Notes under the pieces: model-generated
Database searches by the model: none
Told to the model about the DNA's origin: nothing
What the model saw: the letters and a program-made list of their open reading frames with translations, nothing else
Translations under genes and position numbers: made by a program
Part shown: in pieces, positions 18,708-28,211 of the stretch
Layout of the letters: every line of letters begins with the position of its first letter
Numbering within the stretch: the stretch's first letter is position 1
Assembly: GCA_902533795.1 (NCBI GenBank)
Contig: CACAND010000001.1
Coordinates: forward strand, 238,844 to 302,843
Source: an uncultured Candidatus Actinomarina sp.
GTDB lineage: Bacteria; Actinomycetota; Acidimicrobiia; Actinomarinales; Actinomarinaceae
DNA length: 64,000 nt
Reading direction: 5' to 3'

Positions 18708-19768
18708 GGTATGATTTTTAATAATTCATCTACAGGTTGCTTAATCCATTCGTCAAATTCACTGATTAATTGATCGCTTCCCATACCAAAATGTTTTTTA
18801 AATGATTCTTCGAATCCAAGGCCATCAAGATCTCTGTAAAAATTAACCCTAAACGTTTCTTCTCCAACTTTATCCACTATATATGCAACTAGCCAAGTAC
18901 CTATATCATAGGTTTGTACTGGATCACTATAAATAAGGTCTTTTAAAGGTTTTCCATAATCAAGATACTCTCCAATACTGTAAGCTTTTCTATCCATAAT
19001 TTCTTTTAAATAGTTGGACCTGACATTAGGTTGCCTTGAATATAAAAGTTGTGCCATGTACTCTGCTCCACCTTCTGCGAACCATGGTTTGTCAGCACCA
19101 CCCATTTTTTCGTCACGTATAGCACTACTAGGGCCCTCATCGTCAATATTTGATATATGTGCATGTTGATAAATGTGAAAATACTCATGCATAGTAACAA
19201 CTTTGTAATCATCTTCGTCTGGAGAAGGATATTTTGGACCCATAGTTACAAGAAAGAAGTGATAATCAATATAGTCTCGATAATATGTTGAAACAGCTGC
19301 TCCTCCATCATCAACATATCTAGCAAATGGTGACCAATACTCATTTGCACAATCCCATTCTTTGTTCCATTTTGTATCTTTTTCTGTTCTAATATCACAC
19401 CAAAGATCTTCTAAGTCTGATACTGTCTCTTTACTGTTCCCAACAATCCATATTTCGGCTGGGCCAAATTCTCCCCATGCTGAAGAAGCTATCTGGTACC
19501 ACTTTAAAGTTTTATCAATAGTTGATTGAGAAACATCCGAAGCTGCGTAGATCATTGGAGGGCCTTTAACATTTGCCCAGGATCCAAATGTGCTTGTGTC
19601 TTGAGCTTCTGTGGTTGTAGTTGTGTCTTGAGCTTCTGTGGTTGTAGTTGTGTCTTGAGCTTCTTCTACGGTTTCAGAAGTCTCGGATCCTCCTCCACAA
19701 AAAGAGAAAATTAAAAGAAATATTATTAATTTATTTATTCGTAATATTTGCTGTTTTTTATTAACCAA
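18704..19768 (-). CDS. Secreted lipoprotein, putative zinc metalloprotease (HEYFH)
   Basis: 354 aa. Lipobox IFSFCGGG, T/E/Q/D-rich repeat linker (TTTTEAQDT x3) and an HExxH motif within MHEYFHIYQHAH. Paralogous to 21856..23031. Confidence 0.5.
   Translation of the reverse strand: MVNKKQQILRINKLIIFLLIFSFCGGGSETSETVEEAQDTTTTTEAQDTTTTTEAQDTSTFGSWANVKGPPMIYAASDVSQSTIDKTLKWYQIASSAWGEFGPAEIWIVGNSKETVSDLEDLWCDIRTEKDTKWNKEWDCANEYWSPFARYVDDGGAAVSTYYRDYIDYHFFLVTMGPKYPSPDEDDYKVVTMHEYFHIYQHAHISNIDDEGPSSAIRDEKMGGADKPWFAEGGAEYMAQLLYSRQPNVRSNYLKEIMDRKAYSIGEYLDYGKPLKDLIYSDPVQTYDIGTWLVAYIVDKVGEETFRVNFYRDLDGLGFEESFKKHFGMGSDQLISEFDEWIKQPVDELLKIIP
19595..19664. repeat. 27-nt tandem repeat (about 2.6 copies) encoding the TTTTEAQDT linker
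   Basis: TGTGTCTTGAGCTTCTGTGGTTGTAGT is repeated head-to-tail at 19595, 19622 and (partially) 19649. Confidence 0.9.
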
Positions 19769-19872
19769 TTAACTCCTAAAACTACACCAATAATACCAAT
19801 AAAAATCGAAAAATCTGGAAAATTTCCTATAAGGAAAATAGAAGCAATGATTACAAGAAATATAACTAACAA
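19735..19872 (-). CDS. Small two-TM membrane protein (probable TTG start)
   Basis: The ORF track gives 19735..19917. The TTG at 19872 lies 1 nt after the upstream acyltransferase stop and 9 nt after GGGAG, which would give a 45-aa hydrophobic protein. Confidence 0.3.
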   Translation of the reverse strand: MLVIFLVIIASIFLIGNFPDFSIFIGIIGVVLGVNWLIKNSKYYE

Positions 19873-19873
19873 T

Positions 19874-20539
19874 TTACTTACTCCCTGGTTTGTAAAATAT
19901 TTTATTTCTACCTTCAACCATATGATATATTTCCATTAATGCATTTTTGTCATTTTCTAACGAGTCTGTGAGGTTATATTCTTCCATCAGTTCAAATCTT
20001 CTATTTTTGTAGTCAATTTTTGTTGGAACAACAATTGCATCCAGCTCTTTACCAATATAATAAAAACCACTTTTAATTGTTTTATTAGTATGCATTAAAC
20101 CTTCAACGGTTAAATATAAAATAAATTTATCTTTTGTCTTTAATTCCTCAATCACTTGTTGAGTTACTCCTGTAGATTTTGTTCTCCAGACAGGTATACC
20201 ACCAAAATTTATCATAATTTTTTTCTGTATTAAGCCAAAAGGATGTGGAATTCCTAATTTATCTGGATTCTTTTTAAATGGGATTGGAACAACAATTCTT
20301 GTAAACATAGATATCGACCCTAAAAAGTAAAACTTTAGATCAGATGCCAAGCAAGCAAAAAATGCGTAAATACTATCAAAAGAAGATGAGTGTGGCGCCG
20401 AGGCAATAATTATTTTTTTGTTGTCTGGAAGATCACCAACAATATCCCAATTAATTAGTTTTAAAATTACCCTTCCTAAAGGTCCTAATAAAAACCTTCT
20501 TTTTACAGGATGATTTTCCGTTACACTTATGTCTTTCAC
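19874..20539 (-). CDS. PlsC-like acyltransferase
   Basis: 221 aa. HX4D motif (APHSSSFD). Clear paralog of 30894..31562, with shared VIEELK, EG and IDYKN blocks. Confidence 0.6.
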   Translation of the reverse strand: MKDISVTENHPVKRRFLLGPLGRVILKLINWDIVGDLPDNKKIIIASAPHSSSFDSIYAFFACLASDLKFYFLGSISMFTRIVVPIPFKKNPDKLGIPHPFGLIQKKIMINFGGIPVWRTKSTGVTQQVIEELKTKDKFILYLTVEGLMHTNKTIKSGFYYIGKELDAIVVPTKIDYKNRRFELMEEYNLTDSLENDKNALMEIYHMVEGRNKIFYKPGSK

Positions 20540-20577
20540 AAATTGATTAAAATTATAATATTCTAAGCAAATATATT

Positions 20578-21852
20578 TTAAGTGTCACAATATGTCCAAG
20601 GTTCGGTTGGATAATACATAGACATAAGTTCATATAATGCTGGATTATTTTTTGCTATATTTTCTCTAGTTCCATATTTAGTATCAGGTTGATCGTTTTG
20701 AAACCATCGCTCTGTACTAATTGCAAAAAATTCTCCAATCATATCATCTTTTGAAACACCTTCTTGAAGAGCAAAATTACCAGTTTCCCAATCTCCACTT
20801 TCAAGACCATCCACTGCCAATTTAAAGATATTTTCATAAAAATATAATTCGCCAATTTGTTCAAAAACTATATGGTTTAACGTGTGTGCCATCTCATGAA
20901 TGACTGGGTCTCCACCCATGTCCATGTTCCCTTCATAACAAAGCCAACTTGCGTTTGCAGTATAAGAAACATCAGTATTCATCATTGCGAATCCTGCTGG
21001 TTCACAATGATCTGTGTATTCAGGTAAAACACATGAGTCTTCGTTGGGATCTCCTCCGAATAAAGAAACTCTTACATTGCTTTCTTCAAGAATTGGGTGA
21101 AAGTCTGGTCTAGCTGATAATTGAAATTCGAGAGCCCTCCTAGCTGCCAACATAGCTTTGTCGGGTACATTTTCACCACCGACTATGATTACTCCAGATG
21201 TGGATGTGTATTTCGTATAATATTCAAGTCCACTTGGGCTTGGGGATTGAATAACCTCTTGACCAGTTTCAATATAAGGAAAACGGTCCCAATTTCCAGC
21301 AAATGCTTTAAGTTCTGTGTGTCCAACTAATGAGGCGCCTGTAATTGTTACGTTTCTAATATTTTTTCCAGTTGTATAAGTTTCGCATAAAGCATCCGTA
21401 AAGTTTTGATACTTTTCCCAAGTAATTTCATTTCCAAATTCATTTAGAGTTCTGAAATTATCCTCTGGGACTATCTCTTTTAGAAGTTCAACAGCAGCTT
21501 CATATTGCCAAAGGATAAATGGGCCATTTCTAACTTCAAAATTATAGTTGTATATTGAATTCTCTTCTAAGTCTCTAAAATTGTCATGTAGTTCACTAAA
21601 AAAATCATTTGGATCAATCTGTTTAGAGTTTGTAAATATATCACATTTTATGTTTTCTTCTTTTGTACTAGGTTTTTCATTTGTTTCTACATTAGATGAA
21701 TTATCATTTGATTCATTTTCACTGACTGATGAGTTGTCTTCAGTAGCTTGTGGTTGTTCGTCTACTACTTCATTTATTTGATTGCTTGAACCTTCTCCTC
21801 CACAAACTGAGACGAGTAATGATAAAGTAATTAAAATTACTATTCTTTTCAT
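20578..21852 (-). CDS. Secreted lipoprotein, putative zinc metalloprotease (HEMAH)
   Basis: 424 aa. Lipobox LVSVCGGE, S/N/E-rich linker, and an HExxH motif within VIHEMAHTLNH. Confidence 0.45.
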   Translation of the reverse strand: MKRIVILITLSLLVSVCGGEGSSNQINEVVDEQPQATEDNSSVSENESNDNSSNVETNEKPSTKEENIKCDIFTNSKQIDPNDFFSELHDNFRDLEENSIYNYNFEVRNGPFILWQYEAAVELLKEIVPEDNFRTLNEFGNEITWEKYQNFTDALCETYTTGKNIRNVTITGASLVGHTELKAFAGNWDRFPYIETGQEVIQSPSPSGLEYYTKYTSTSGVIIVGGENVPDKAMLAARRALEFQLSARPDFHPILEESNVRVSLFGGDPNEDSCVLPEYTDHCEPAGFAMMNTDVSYTANASWLCYEGNMDMGGDPVIHEMAHTLNHIVFEQIGELYFYENIFKLAVDGLESGDWETGNFALQEGVSKDDMIGEFFAISTERWFQNDQPDTKYGTRENIAKNNPALYELMSMYYPTEPWTYCDT

Positions 21853-21855
21853 GTT

Positions 21856-23031
21856 TTAAGGGTAGTACAGCTTGCCTGTGTTTTCTTCCACAACAGGGAT
21901 TACAATTTTTCTTTCCTCTTCTGAAAGATAAATCCATGAGTCAAAATCAGCAAAAAATTCATCTCTTGTCATTCCAAATGTATTAGCAAATACAAGTTCT
22001 GGATCACCTAATTTTTTTAATTCTGGATAATAAACATTTTCAAAAATATAAGGATCATTTACTTTATGAGTTAGATAAGCAGCTGCCCAAGCTCCCCATC
22101 CATAAACAGCCCGTCTGCATGGATCACTATAGGTTATATCTCTTATTGACATTCCTGGACACTGCTCCATTACTCTTTGTCCATCAAAATATTGATTATT
22201 AAATTCTTGAAGTATGTCTACTTGAATATTGTTTAAATTGCCGATCTTTATCTGCTCTTGTAAAATCGTTATTTCTTTAAATACTGCCGTTCCTTCTTGG
22301 AGCCACGTACCCCCAATAAGATAGTCAGGTGGATCAAAATTATATTCGCATGTTGATCGAACATCTTTATCAGAACAATCATAAAAATCCATATGAGCAA
22401 TTTGAAATACATGCCAATATTCATGGAATACCCCTCTAAGTTCTATCTGGTATCCCTCACCATTTTCTACTTCGAACCCAATTGGTTTTGACCAAACAAG
22501 TAAGTGGTATCTCTGGTGTGCTTGACCATTATGACCTTTATTACCACTGGCTTGAAATCCTCTTTGTTCGGTTTCAAGACTACTTCGAAGATACTCTGAA
22601 AAATATCTTTCATCGATAAAGTTCATACAATCGTCAAAATCTCGAAAATTTAGACGAAGGTCATTCGGGTCAAAATTTCCAGCTTTTTCACGATTAGTAC
22701 AAAAAAGATTAGATAGATTGTCTTTTTCATTTTCATCAGTTCCTACAAAGTAAACTTCAACTGGATATTTTCCAAGCTTTTCTTGAATTATTGAAAAGGC
22801 AAATTCTGCTCGACCATGTACCTCGGTTGGGATATCTCCTGCAAAATAAAGTTTTGCTGGGTAGTCAACTAAAGTCATATGATCTATTATTTCTTCTTCA
22901 TTTTGTGTAGCTTCATTGCTTTCTGATTGCTTTGTAGCTTCATTGCTTTCTGATTGTTCTGAGGTTTGCTGCGAATTTGAGTCTCCTCCACAGAAAGATA
23001 AAAATAGTATAAAAATTACAAATTTTTTCAT
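21856..23031 (-). CDS. Secreted lipoprotein, putative zinc metalloprotease (HEYWH)
   Basis: 391 aa. Lipobox FLSFCGGD, repeated QSESNEAT linker, and an HExxH motif within FHEYWHVFQIAH. Paralog of 18704..19768. Confidence 0.5.
   Translation of the reverse strand: MKKFVIFILFLSFCGGDSNSQQTSEQSESNEATKQSESNEATQNEEEIIDHMTLVDYPAKLYFAGDIPTEVHGRAEFAFSIIQEKLGKYPVEVYFVGTDENEKDNLSNLFCTNREKAGNFDPNDLRLNFRDFDDCMNFIDERYFSEYLRSSLETEQRGFQASGNKGHNGQAHQRYHLLVWSKPIGFEVENGEGYQIELRGVFHEYWHVFQIAHMDFYDCSDKDVRSTCEYNFDPPDYLIGGTWLQEGTAVFKEITILQEQIKIGNLNNIQVDILQEFNNQYFDGQRVMEQCPGMSIRDITYSDPCRRAVYGWGAWAAAYLTHKVNDPYIFENVYYPELKKLGDPELVFANTFGMTRDEFFADFDSWIYLSEEERKIVIPVVEENTGKLYYP
22906..22959. repeat. 27-nt tandem repeat (2 copies) encoding the QSESNEAT linker
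   Basis: TGTAGCTTCATTGCTTTCTGATTG(CTT/TTC) occurs at 22906 and 22933. Confidence 0.9.
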
Positions 23032-23157
23032 AAATTAATTATAGACCCAATAAGTATTGGGTTTTCGATTAATAAACCAATAAGCAAGGATCTTTACAAA
23101 AAATTAATATTCTAAAAGTTTTAGTAAATTCATCTAAATGCTATTATTTTTAAAACA

Positions 23158-23343
23158 ATGAGTGAAAAAGTTACAAAATTTTTAGAGTTTGAAGATAGGG
23201 TTTTTAGAGCCCCTTATAACTATTTAAAGAAAATTGGACTTATTGACAAAGTTAAAGAAATCAAACAACGCTTCGTAGAAATCTATTCAAAAGATGAAGA
23301 AATTCCATATGGTGGAAATCAGATGTTTTTTGGTGACGATTAA
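23158..23343 (+). CDS. Hypothetical small protein
   Basis: 61 aa ORF with plausible composition. No motif recognised. Confidence 0.3.
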   Translation: MSEKVTKFLEFEDRVFRAPYNYLKKIGLIDKVKEIKQRFVEIYSKDEEIPYGGNQMFFGDD

Positions 23344-23349
23344 AAAATT

Positions 23350-23613
23350 TTAATATCTATCTTTACTATCGTTCTTTAATCTCTCTACTTCCTTTTCAAC
23401 TGAAAAAAGGCTATTGCTAGTTATACCAACAAAGTGTGAGAGCAGTCCAATGCCCCATCCGCTGACAACAAAATACCACCAGTTTGAACCGGTAGAATCA
23501 ATAAAAATATCGAATAAAGTTAGGGCTAGACAAACAACAATATAAATTACACTATGAACTCTAAATCCGATCCGAGCTTTGGCTTTTCTAATTAGCTTTT
23601 CATCATTATCCAT
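23350..23613 (-). CDS. 2TM-domain small membrane protein
   Basis: 87 aa. Basic N-terminus (KAKARIGFRVH) followed by two hydrophobic helices with WWYF...GWGIGLLSHF, resembling the 2TM domain family. Confidence 0.45.
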   Translation of the reverse strand: MDNDEKLIRKAKARIGFRVHSVIYIVVCLALTLFDIFIDSTGSNWWYFVVSGWGIGLLSHFVGITSNSLFSVEKEVERLKNDSKDRY

Positions 23614-23628
23614 ATTTAGAATGATAAT

Positions 23629-24621
23629 ATGACTCGTGCATTAATAACTGGTGGTTCTGGACATGTTGGTGCAAATCTTACAAGAGAACTACTTGATCAG
23701 GGTTATGAAGTTCGATGCATTGATTTTGACAATGATCATAGAGCCTTTGAAGGTCTTAACGTCGAACTAATAAAAGGAGATATTACCGATAAAGGTTCGC
23801 TCAACAAAATATTTCAAAATATAGATCTTGTATTTCATACTGCGGCATTCATAAGTCTTGACAGAAGATATAAAAAATTAATCAGAAAAATTAATGTTGA
23901 AGGAACTAGAAATGTTTGTGAAGCATCAGTAGATGCAAACATTAAAAAGTTGATACACTTTTCATCAATTGATGCATTTATAAGGGATCCTATTGATGAG
24001 CCTTTGTATGAGTCAAGAGCTTTAGTGACAGGTCCAAAATCAGTACCATATGATTTATCTAAAGCAGATGGTCAAAGAATTGTTTTGGAATATTCTAAAA
24101 GCAGTTTAGATGCAAGCATAATACACCCTACTTCGATAATGGGGCCAAATGATTTTAAACCAGGATTAAACTGCCAATCTATGATTGATATTGCAAATAG
24201 AAAAAGGTTAATAAACATTGATTTTGGTTACAACTATGTTGACGTTAGAGATCTTTCGAAAACTTCAATCACGTGTGCAAAACTTGGAAAGAATGGACAA
24301 AATTATTTAGTTGGTGGTGAGTATCTGATGTTTCCTGACATTGCAAAGATGATAGGAAACATATTAGACAGAAGAACTTTGCTTGCAGTCCTTCCAATAT
24401 TTTCAATGTATTTCAATGTCCCCTATGAAAATATAAAATCATACTTTACAAAACAACCAAGGCTAATGACGATTGATACCATTCATACAATAAAAACAGG
24501 ACATAAGTTAATTCCAAGCACATTGGCTAAAGAAGAACTTAAACACAAACCAAGACCTTTCCAAGATACAATCAATGACACAATAAAATTTTTTATTGAT
24601 AGAGGATTAATTAATATTTAA
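23629..24621 (+). CDS. NAD-dependent epimerase/dehydratase (extended SDR)
   Basis: 330 aa. Has ALITGGSGHVGANL and the catalytic YxxxK (YDLSK). Confidence 0.78.
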   Translation: MTRALITGGSGHVGANLTRELLDQGYEVRCIDFDNDHRAFEGLNVELIKGDITDKGSLNKIFQNIDLVFHTAAFISLDRRYKKLIRKINVEGTRNVCEASVDANIKKLIHFSSIDAFIRDPIDEPLYESRALVTGPKSVPYDLSKADGQRIVLEYSKSSLDASIIHPTSIMGPNDFKPGLNCQSMIDIANRKRLINIDFGYNYVDVRDLSKTSITCAKLGKNGQNYLVGGEYLMFPDIAKMIGNILDRRTLLAVLPIFSMYFNVPYENIKSYFTKQPRLMTIDTIHTIKTGHKLIPSTLAKEELKHKPRPFQDTINDTIKFFIDRGLINI

Positions 24622-25910
24622 ATATCTTGAGCTATTGTGTCTTCAAATGATTGTCTTTTAATTAAATCAATTACTTTAGATTCAGAGATTCCAATTACTT
24701 TTGATTTTGGAACACGGTTATAGTTACTGGCCATAGAATATGTATACGCTCCCGCTGAAGTTGACATTAATATATCACCTGTATTTGTGTCATCAGGTAA
24801 ACTTGCTTCTTTAACTAGTAGATCACCAGATTCACAATGTCTTCCAGAGACGGCAAACAACTTTTCTTTACTATTCTTATTTTGAGAGATATTAAATAAT
24901 TTATGTTCGCTTCCATATAAAGCTGGCCTTGGATTGTCAGACATCCCTCCATCTACAAGAATATATGGCTTTTCACCCCTATCTTCTTTAATAGCCCCTG
25001 CTGTATAAAGAATAATCCCGGCATTATTAACAACTGCTCGTCCTGGTTCGATCATGATTTTATATTCAGAATCCCAATTCTCTTCAATACCAGATTTGAT
25101 CGAAGCTGCATATATTGCAAGATCTTCATTATTTTCATCACCTTCATAAGGAGAGAAAAATCCACCTCCTGCATCGAAAACAATCTCTCTTTCAACACTT
25201 GCTTTATTGTTAGCTAAAAACAAAGAGCATTCCTGCATTGCTTTTTTAAATCTTTCAGGATCTTTTATTTGACTTCCAATATGAACATGTACTCCAGAAA
25301 AAAATAAAGAATCAGAGTTGTAAATGTCTTTTAATGCTGACTCAGCAATATCAATTGAAACTCCAAATTGTTGGTCGTATCCAGAAGTTAAAACCATTGG
25401 GTGAGTCTCTGCTCCAACATCTAAATTAATTCTTAATATTACTGGTTGCTTTACATTGTTTTTAGACGCTCTATCTTGCAATTTTGATATTTCGTCGACA
25501 TTATCTATTGAAATATGGCCACCTTTGTTCTCCATAAAAAAATCAATTTCTCTCACTGTCTTAAAAGTCCCGTTAAAGAGAGAATTTTCTAAAGTTCCTA
25601 GAGATGAAAGTACCGTTGCCATCTCTCCACCAGATACAACATCTATACCCCAATTTTTTTGATCAAGTAAATTTACCAACTCTTTACAAATAAAAGCTTT
25701 TGCTGCGTACCTATACAAAGTTTCATCTCCAAAAGCTTTTGTGAAATCTGATATATTTTCCTTTATATGATCCCAGTCATAAACGTATAAAGGAGTTCCA
25801 TGTTCCGTCGAGACTTCATTTAAAGAAAGATCACCAATAAATGCGACACCATCATTAAACGTTAAATTTTTTGGTAAATAATTCATTTTTTTAAGCGCCT
25901 TTTTATCCAT
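24618..25910 (-). CDS. lysA: Diaminopimelate decarboxylase
   Basis: 430 aa. Has GTPLYVYD, AAKAF (PLP Lys), DAGGGF, and the CESGD motif near the C-terminus. Confidence 0.85.
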   Translation of the reverse strand: MDKKALKKMNYLPKNLTFNDGVAFIGDLSLNEVSTEHGTPLYVYDWDHIKENISDFTKAFGDETLYRYAAKAFICKELVNLLDQKNWGIDVVSGGEMATVLSSLGTLENSLFNGTFKTVREIDFFMENKGGHISIDNVDEISKLQDRASKNNVKQPVILRINLDVGAETHPMVLTSGYDQQFGVSIDIAESALKDIYNSDSLFFSGVHVHIGSQIKDPERFKKAMQECSLFLANNKASVEREIVFDAGGGFFSPYEGDENNEDLAIYAASIKSGIEENWDSEYKIMIEPGRAVVNNAGIILYTAGAIKEDRGEKPYILVDGGMSDNPRPALYGSEHKLFNISQNKNSKEKLFAVSGRHCESGDLLVKEASLPDDTNTGDILMSTSAGAYTYSMASNYNRVPKSKVIGISESKVIDLIKRQSFEDTIAQDI

Positions 25911-26659
25911 GCAATATCTTTCTTTTGAGCATCTGGTCCATTTGGAGTCTCAACAATAATATCGGTTTTTGCATTTTTAATTACATATTCCAATTCTTCT
26001 TTTGGGATTTGTCCTTTACCAAGATTTTCATGCCTGTCTCTACTACTTTCAAATCCATCTTTTGAATCATTAAAATGAATCAAATCAATTTTTTTTACTA
26101 GTTTTTTAAATCCTTTTACTGCCTCAATAGTAGGGATGCCACCTGCCCAGGTATGACATGTATCTAAACATAATCCAACATTTAAATGACCAATTACTTC
26201 CCAAAGCCTTTCAATTGAGTCCATATACCTTGCTACAGAATTTTTTCCTCCAGCTGTGTTCTCTACAAGAACTTTTACACCTATGTCTTCTACTTCTTTT
26301 ATTGCTTTACCCCAGTTTTCATATCCTTGTCCGATATCACCACCTTCTCCAACCGAACCACCATGAACAATAACGCCTTTTGCTCCAAAAGTAGCGGCCA
26401 CCTTGCATGTGTCTTTTAATAGCTTTCTACTTGGATGACGAACTTTATTGTTAGGAGTAGCTACATTTATAAGATACGGCGCATGAACATATATGTTTCC
26501 TTTGAAATCTTGCAAAATCTCGATATCCTCTCTAGGTTTTGGACTTTTCCACATCTGAGGACTTGATATAAATATCTGAAAAGTTTCTCCTTTTCTATAA
26601 GAAATTTCATCAATTGCATTTTTTGAAGGTATATGTGCCCCAATATTCATGTTTTTCAT
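25883..26659 (-). CDS. nfo: Endonuclease IV-like AP endonuclease (xylose-isomerase-like TIM barrel)
   Basis: 258 aa. Has metal-ligand blocks HAPYLIN, VHGGS, ENTAGG, LDTCH and HFNDSK. Confidence 0.75.
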   Translation of the reverse strand: MKNMNIGAHIPSKNAIDEISYRKGETFQIFISSPQMWKSPKPREDIEILQDFKGNIYVHAPYLINVATPNNKVRHPSRKLLKDTCKVAATFGAKGVIVHGGSVGEGGDIGQGYENWGKAIKEVEDIGVKVLVENTAGGKNSVARYMDSIERLWEVIGHLNVGLCLDTCHTWAGGIPTIEAVKGFKKLVKKIDLIHFNDSKDGFESSRDRHENLGKGQIPKEELEYVIKNAKTDIIVETPNGPDAQKKDIAWIKRRLKK

Positions 26660-26803
26660 TATAAAACATATAAATTGTTTGAAAATAGAAGAAATACCTC
26701 AAATCAATTAAAATAGTATTAGGACTTCCTTTCGTGCTTTGAGCCACTGCTAAAAGTGTGATAAAACAAAAATAACAGCCACAGGGGAGTCTTTTTACTT
26801 TTT

Positions 26804-28027
26804 TTACGGTAGTTTTAGTATTTTTTTATACAAAACATAGTCACGATCTCCTAATTCATTAGGCGCAACAGCAGAAATAATTAAATAATCACCATTATTT
26901 AGCAAAATGCCAGTCGGATCTAAATAACTTACATCTAATGGCGATATAGGTACTCCTGTAAAGCTCCAGTCAAGACCATCATTTGAAGTAGCTACAAATA
27001 AACTCTGTGGGATTTTTGGTAATCCCTCTGGTGAAAATGAAAATATTGCTTTCCAATTGTTTTCTTCAGCTGTAAGTACTTCAAAGTCTACATATCCATT
27101 TTCAAATCGATATCCAGGATCTTTTGTAAAAGAAATTCCATCTGTAGTATTTGAAGTTGCACTAACTATTTTCTCACCCCTCATGCCAGAAGACTCATCA
27201 ACCCAGTAAATTCTTATTCGTCCGTCTGGTATAACTACAGCATCTGGCACACCCCAGGCAATACTGCCTCCATCAGATATTCCTAGTGAAATTTGATTTG
27301 TATAAGACAAACCATCTTTACTAAAAACAGCTGTCATAATTTCTTTTGATTTAGTGTTTGGGTTAAATTCAACAAAATACCCTCTTCTTACACCATCAGT
27401 CGTTTCAATAATAGTTAAGTCCTGAATTCTTTCAATTGCACCTTGGCGGATACAATTTAAATCATAATCGCATAAATCAACAGCTAAGCCATTCGCCGAC
27501 AAGCTTGAATAAAATAATCTAAGTGTTGTGTTATCTACAATTTCAAGATGTGGACTAACACCATCTTGATCAAGACTTTTTATATCTACTAACTTGGCAT
27601 TTTCTTCTACATTTTTTGGAGCATTCCCCTCAGGAAATGCTTGTACATTTGATTCACCTTCACCTGGCAATGGAGGTGGAGGAATATTACACTTATCAAA
27701 ATACTCTATTGCATCTTGTGAAAACGGTCTTCCTCCAAGTAAATCCAATTCTATTTGCCTCAGCATATCAAAAGTTGCGTTTTCATTGAGACATTTTTTT
27801 TCTTTCGTAGATAAGAAAGATAGAATTCCATCAGGAAACTCTTTTATAATATCTTCAACAGATCCCTCTTGATTTTCCTTATTCATAGGCTGATCATTTA
27901 ATATTGGTTCTTCAGTTGAAATTGTTTCGGTTAGTTGATCCGAAGATGTTGTTTCAACAGGGCTAGGGCTATTTCCGCATGCTACAAAAAAAATTGTTAT
28001 TAGTGATAGGTAGACATGCTGCTTCAC
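26804..28027 (-). CDS. Lipoprotein with Asp-box (BNR-like) beta-propeller-type C-terminal domain
   Basis: A GTG start at 28027 gives MKQHVYLSLITIFFVACGNS (lipobox). The ORF-track start at 28051 (TTG) would lie at the edge of the upstream terminator hairpin. Three SxDGxx(W/F/Y) Asp-boxes are present (SKDGLSY, TTDGISF, SNDGLDW). Confidence 0.45.
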   Translation of the reverse strand: MKQHVYLSLITIFFVACGNSPSPVETTSSDQLTETISTEEPILNDQPMNKENQEGSVEDIIKEFPDGILSFLSTKEKKCLNENATFDMLRQIELDLLGGRPFSQDAIEYFDKCNIPPPPLPGEGESNVQAFPEGNAPKNVEENAKLVDIKSLDQDGVSPHLEIVDNTTLRLFYSSLSANGLAVDLCDYDLNCIRQGAIERIQDLTIIETTDGVRRGYFVEFNPNTKSKEIMTAVFSKDGLSYTNQISLGISDGGSIAWGVPDAVVIPDGRIRIYWVDESSGMRGEKIVSATSNTTDGISFTKDPGYRFENGYVDFEVLTAEENNWKAIFSFSPEGLPKIPQSLFVATSNDGLDWSFTGVPISPLDVSYLDPTGILLNNGDYLIISAVAPNELGDRDYVLYKKILKLP

Positions 28028-28049
28028 AAGAAAAGTATACCAATAAAGC

Positions 28050-28086
28050 AAAAATCCCGATTGATCTTGCGACCCTTCGGGATTTT
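28050..28086 (-). terminator. Intrinsic terminator/attenuator hairpin of module copy A
   Basis: Minus-strand AAAAUCCCGA-AGGGUCGCAAGAUCAA-UCGGGAUUUUU. It ends ~23 nt upstream of the lipoprotein GTG. Confidence 0.6.
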
Positions 28087-28138
28087 CTGTTCTATCTCTT
28101 TTTCGGTCTTGCGACTTCTTTTTTGATAGTGTGTATTA

Positions 28139-28167
28139 AATTTACATACAAATCTATATTTTGGCAA
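28139..28167 (-). promoter_or_regulatory. Sigma70/SigA-like promoter of module copy A
   Basis: Minus-strand TTGCCA, a 17-nt spacer, then TAAATT. This is the same position as the promoter of copy B. Confidence 0.5.
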
Positions 28168-28211
28168 AAATTTTTAGATTGTTTTTTTCGCGAACTTTTA
28201 GCATTGAAACC

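Larger units (their letters stand above)
28045..28198 (-). repeat. Copy A of a ~154-nt palindrome-promoter-leader-terminator module
   Basis: Direct repeat of 29513..29666. The first 53 nt are identical, the middle is ~70-75% similar, and both copies end in TTTTTCGCGAACTTT. Confidence 0.85.

Noticed and set aside
23045-23064. Perfect hairpin ACCCAATA-AG-TATTGGGT upstream of the lipoprotein gene 21856..23031.
   Set aside because: There is no adjacent U-tract on either strand, and no gene end lies nearby that it could terminate. It may be an operator or may have arisen by chance, with no way to discriminate from sequence alone.
26690-26795. Possible structured RNA in the 144-nt spacer between the lipoprotein gene and nfo (GACUCC...GGAAGUC long-range pairing, direct GTGGCT repeats).
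   Set aside because: The pairings are short and imperfect. I could not find a convincing terminator or promoter, and there is no second copy for comparison. This is not enough to call a feature. An Rfam scan would settle it.
28028-28141. A conserved leader peptide in both copies of the duplicated module.
   Set aside because: The frame is open in both copies, but copy A has no ATG/GTG/TTG start in that frame (ACC replaces the ATG of copy B). A conserved coding function is therefore not supported, and I keep it only as a copy-B observation.
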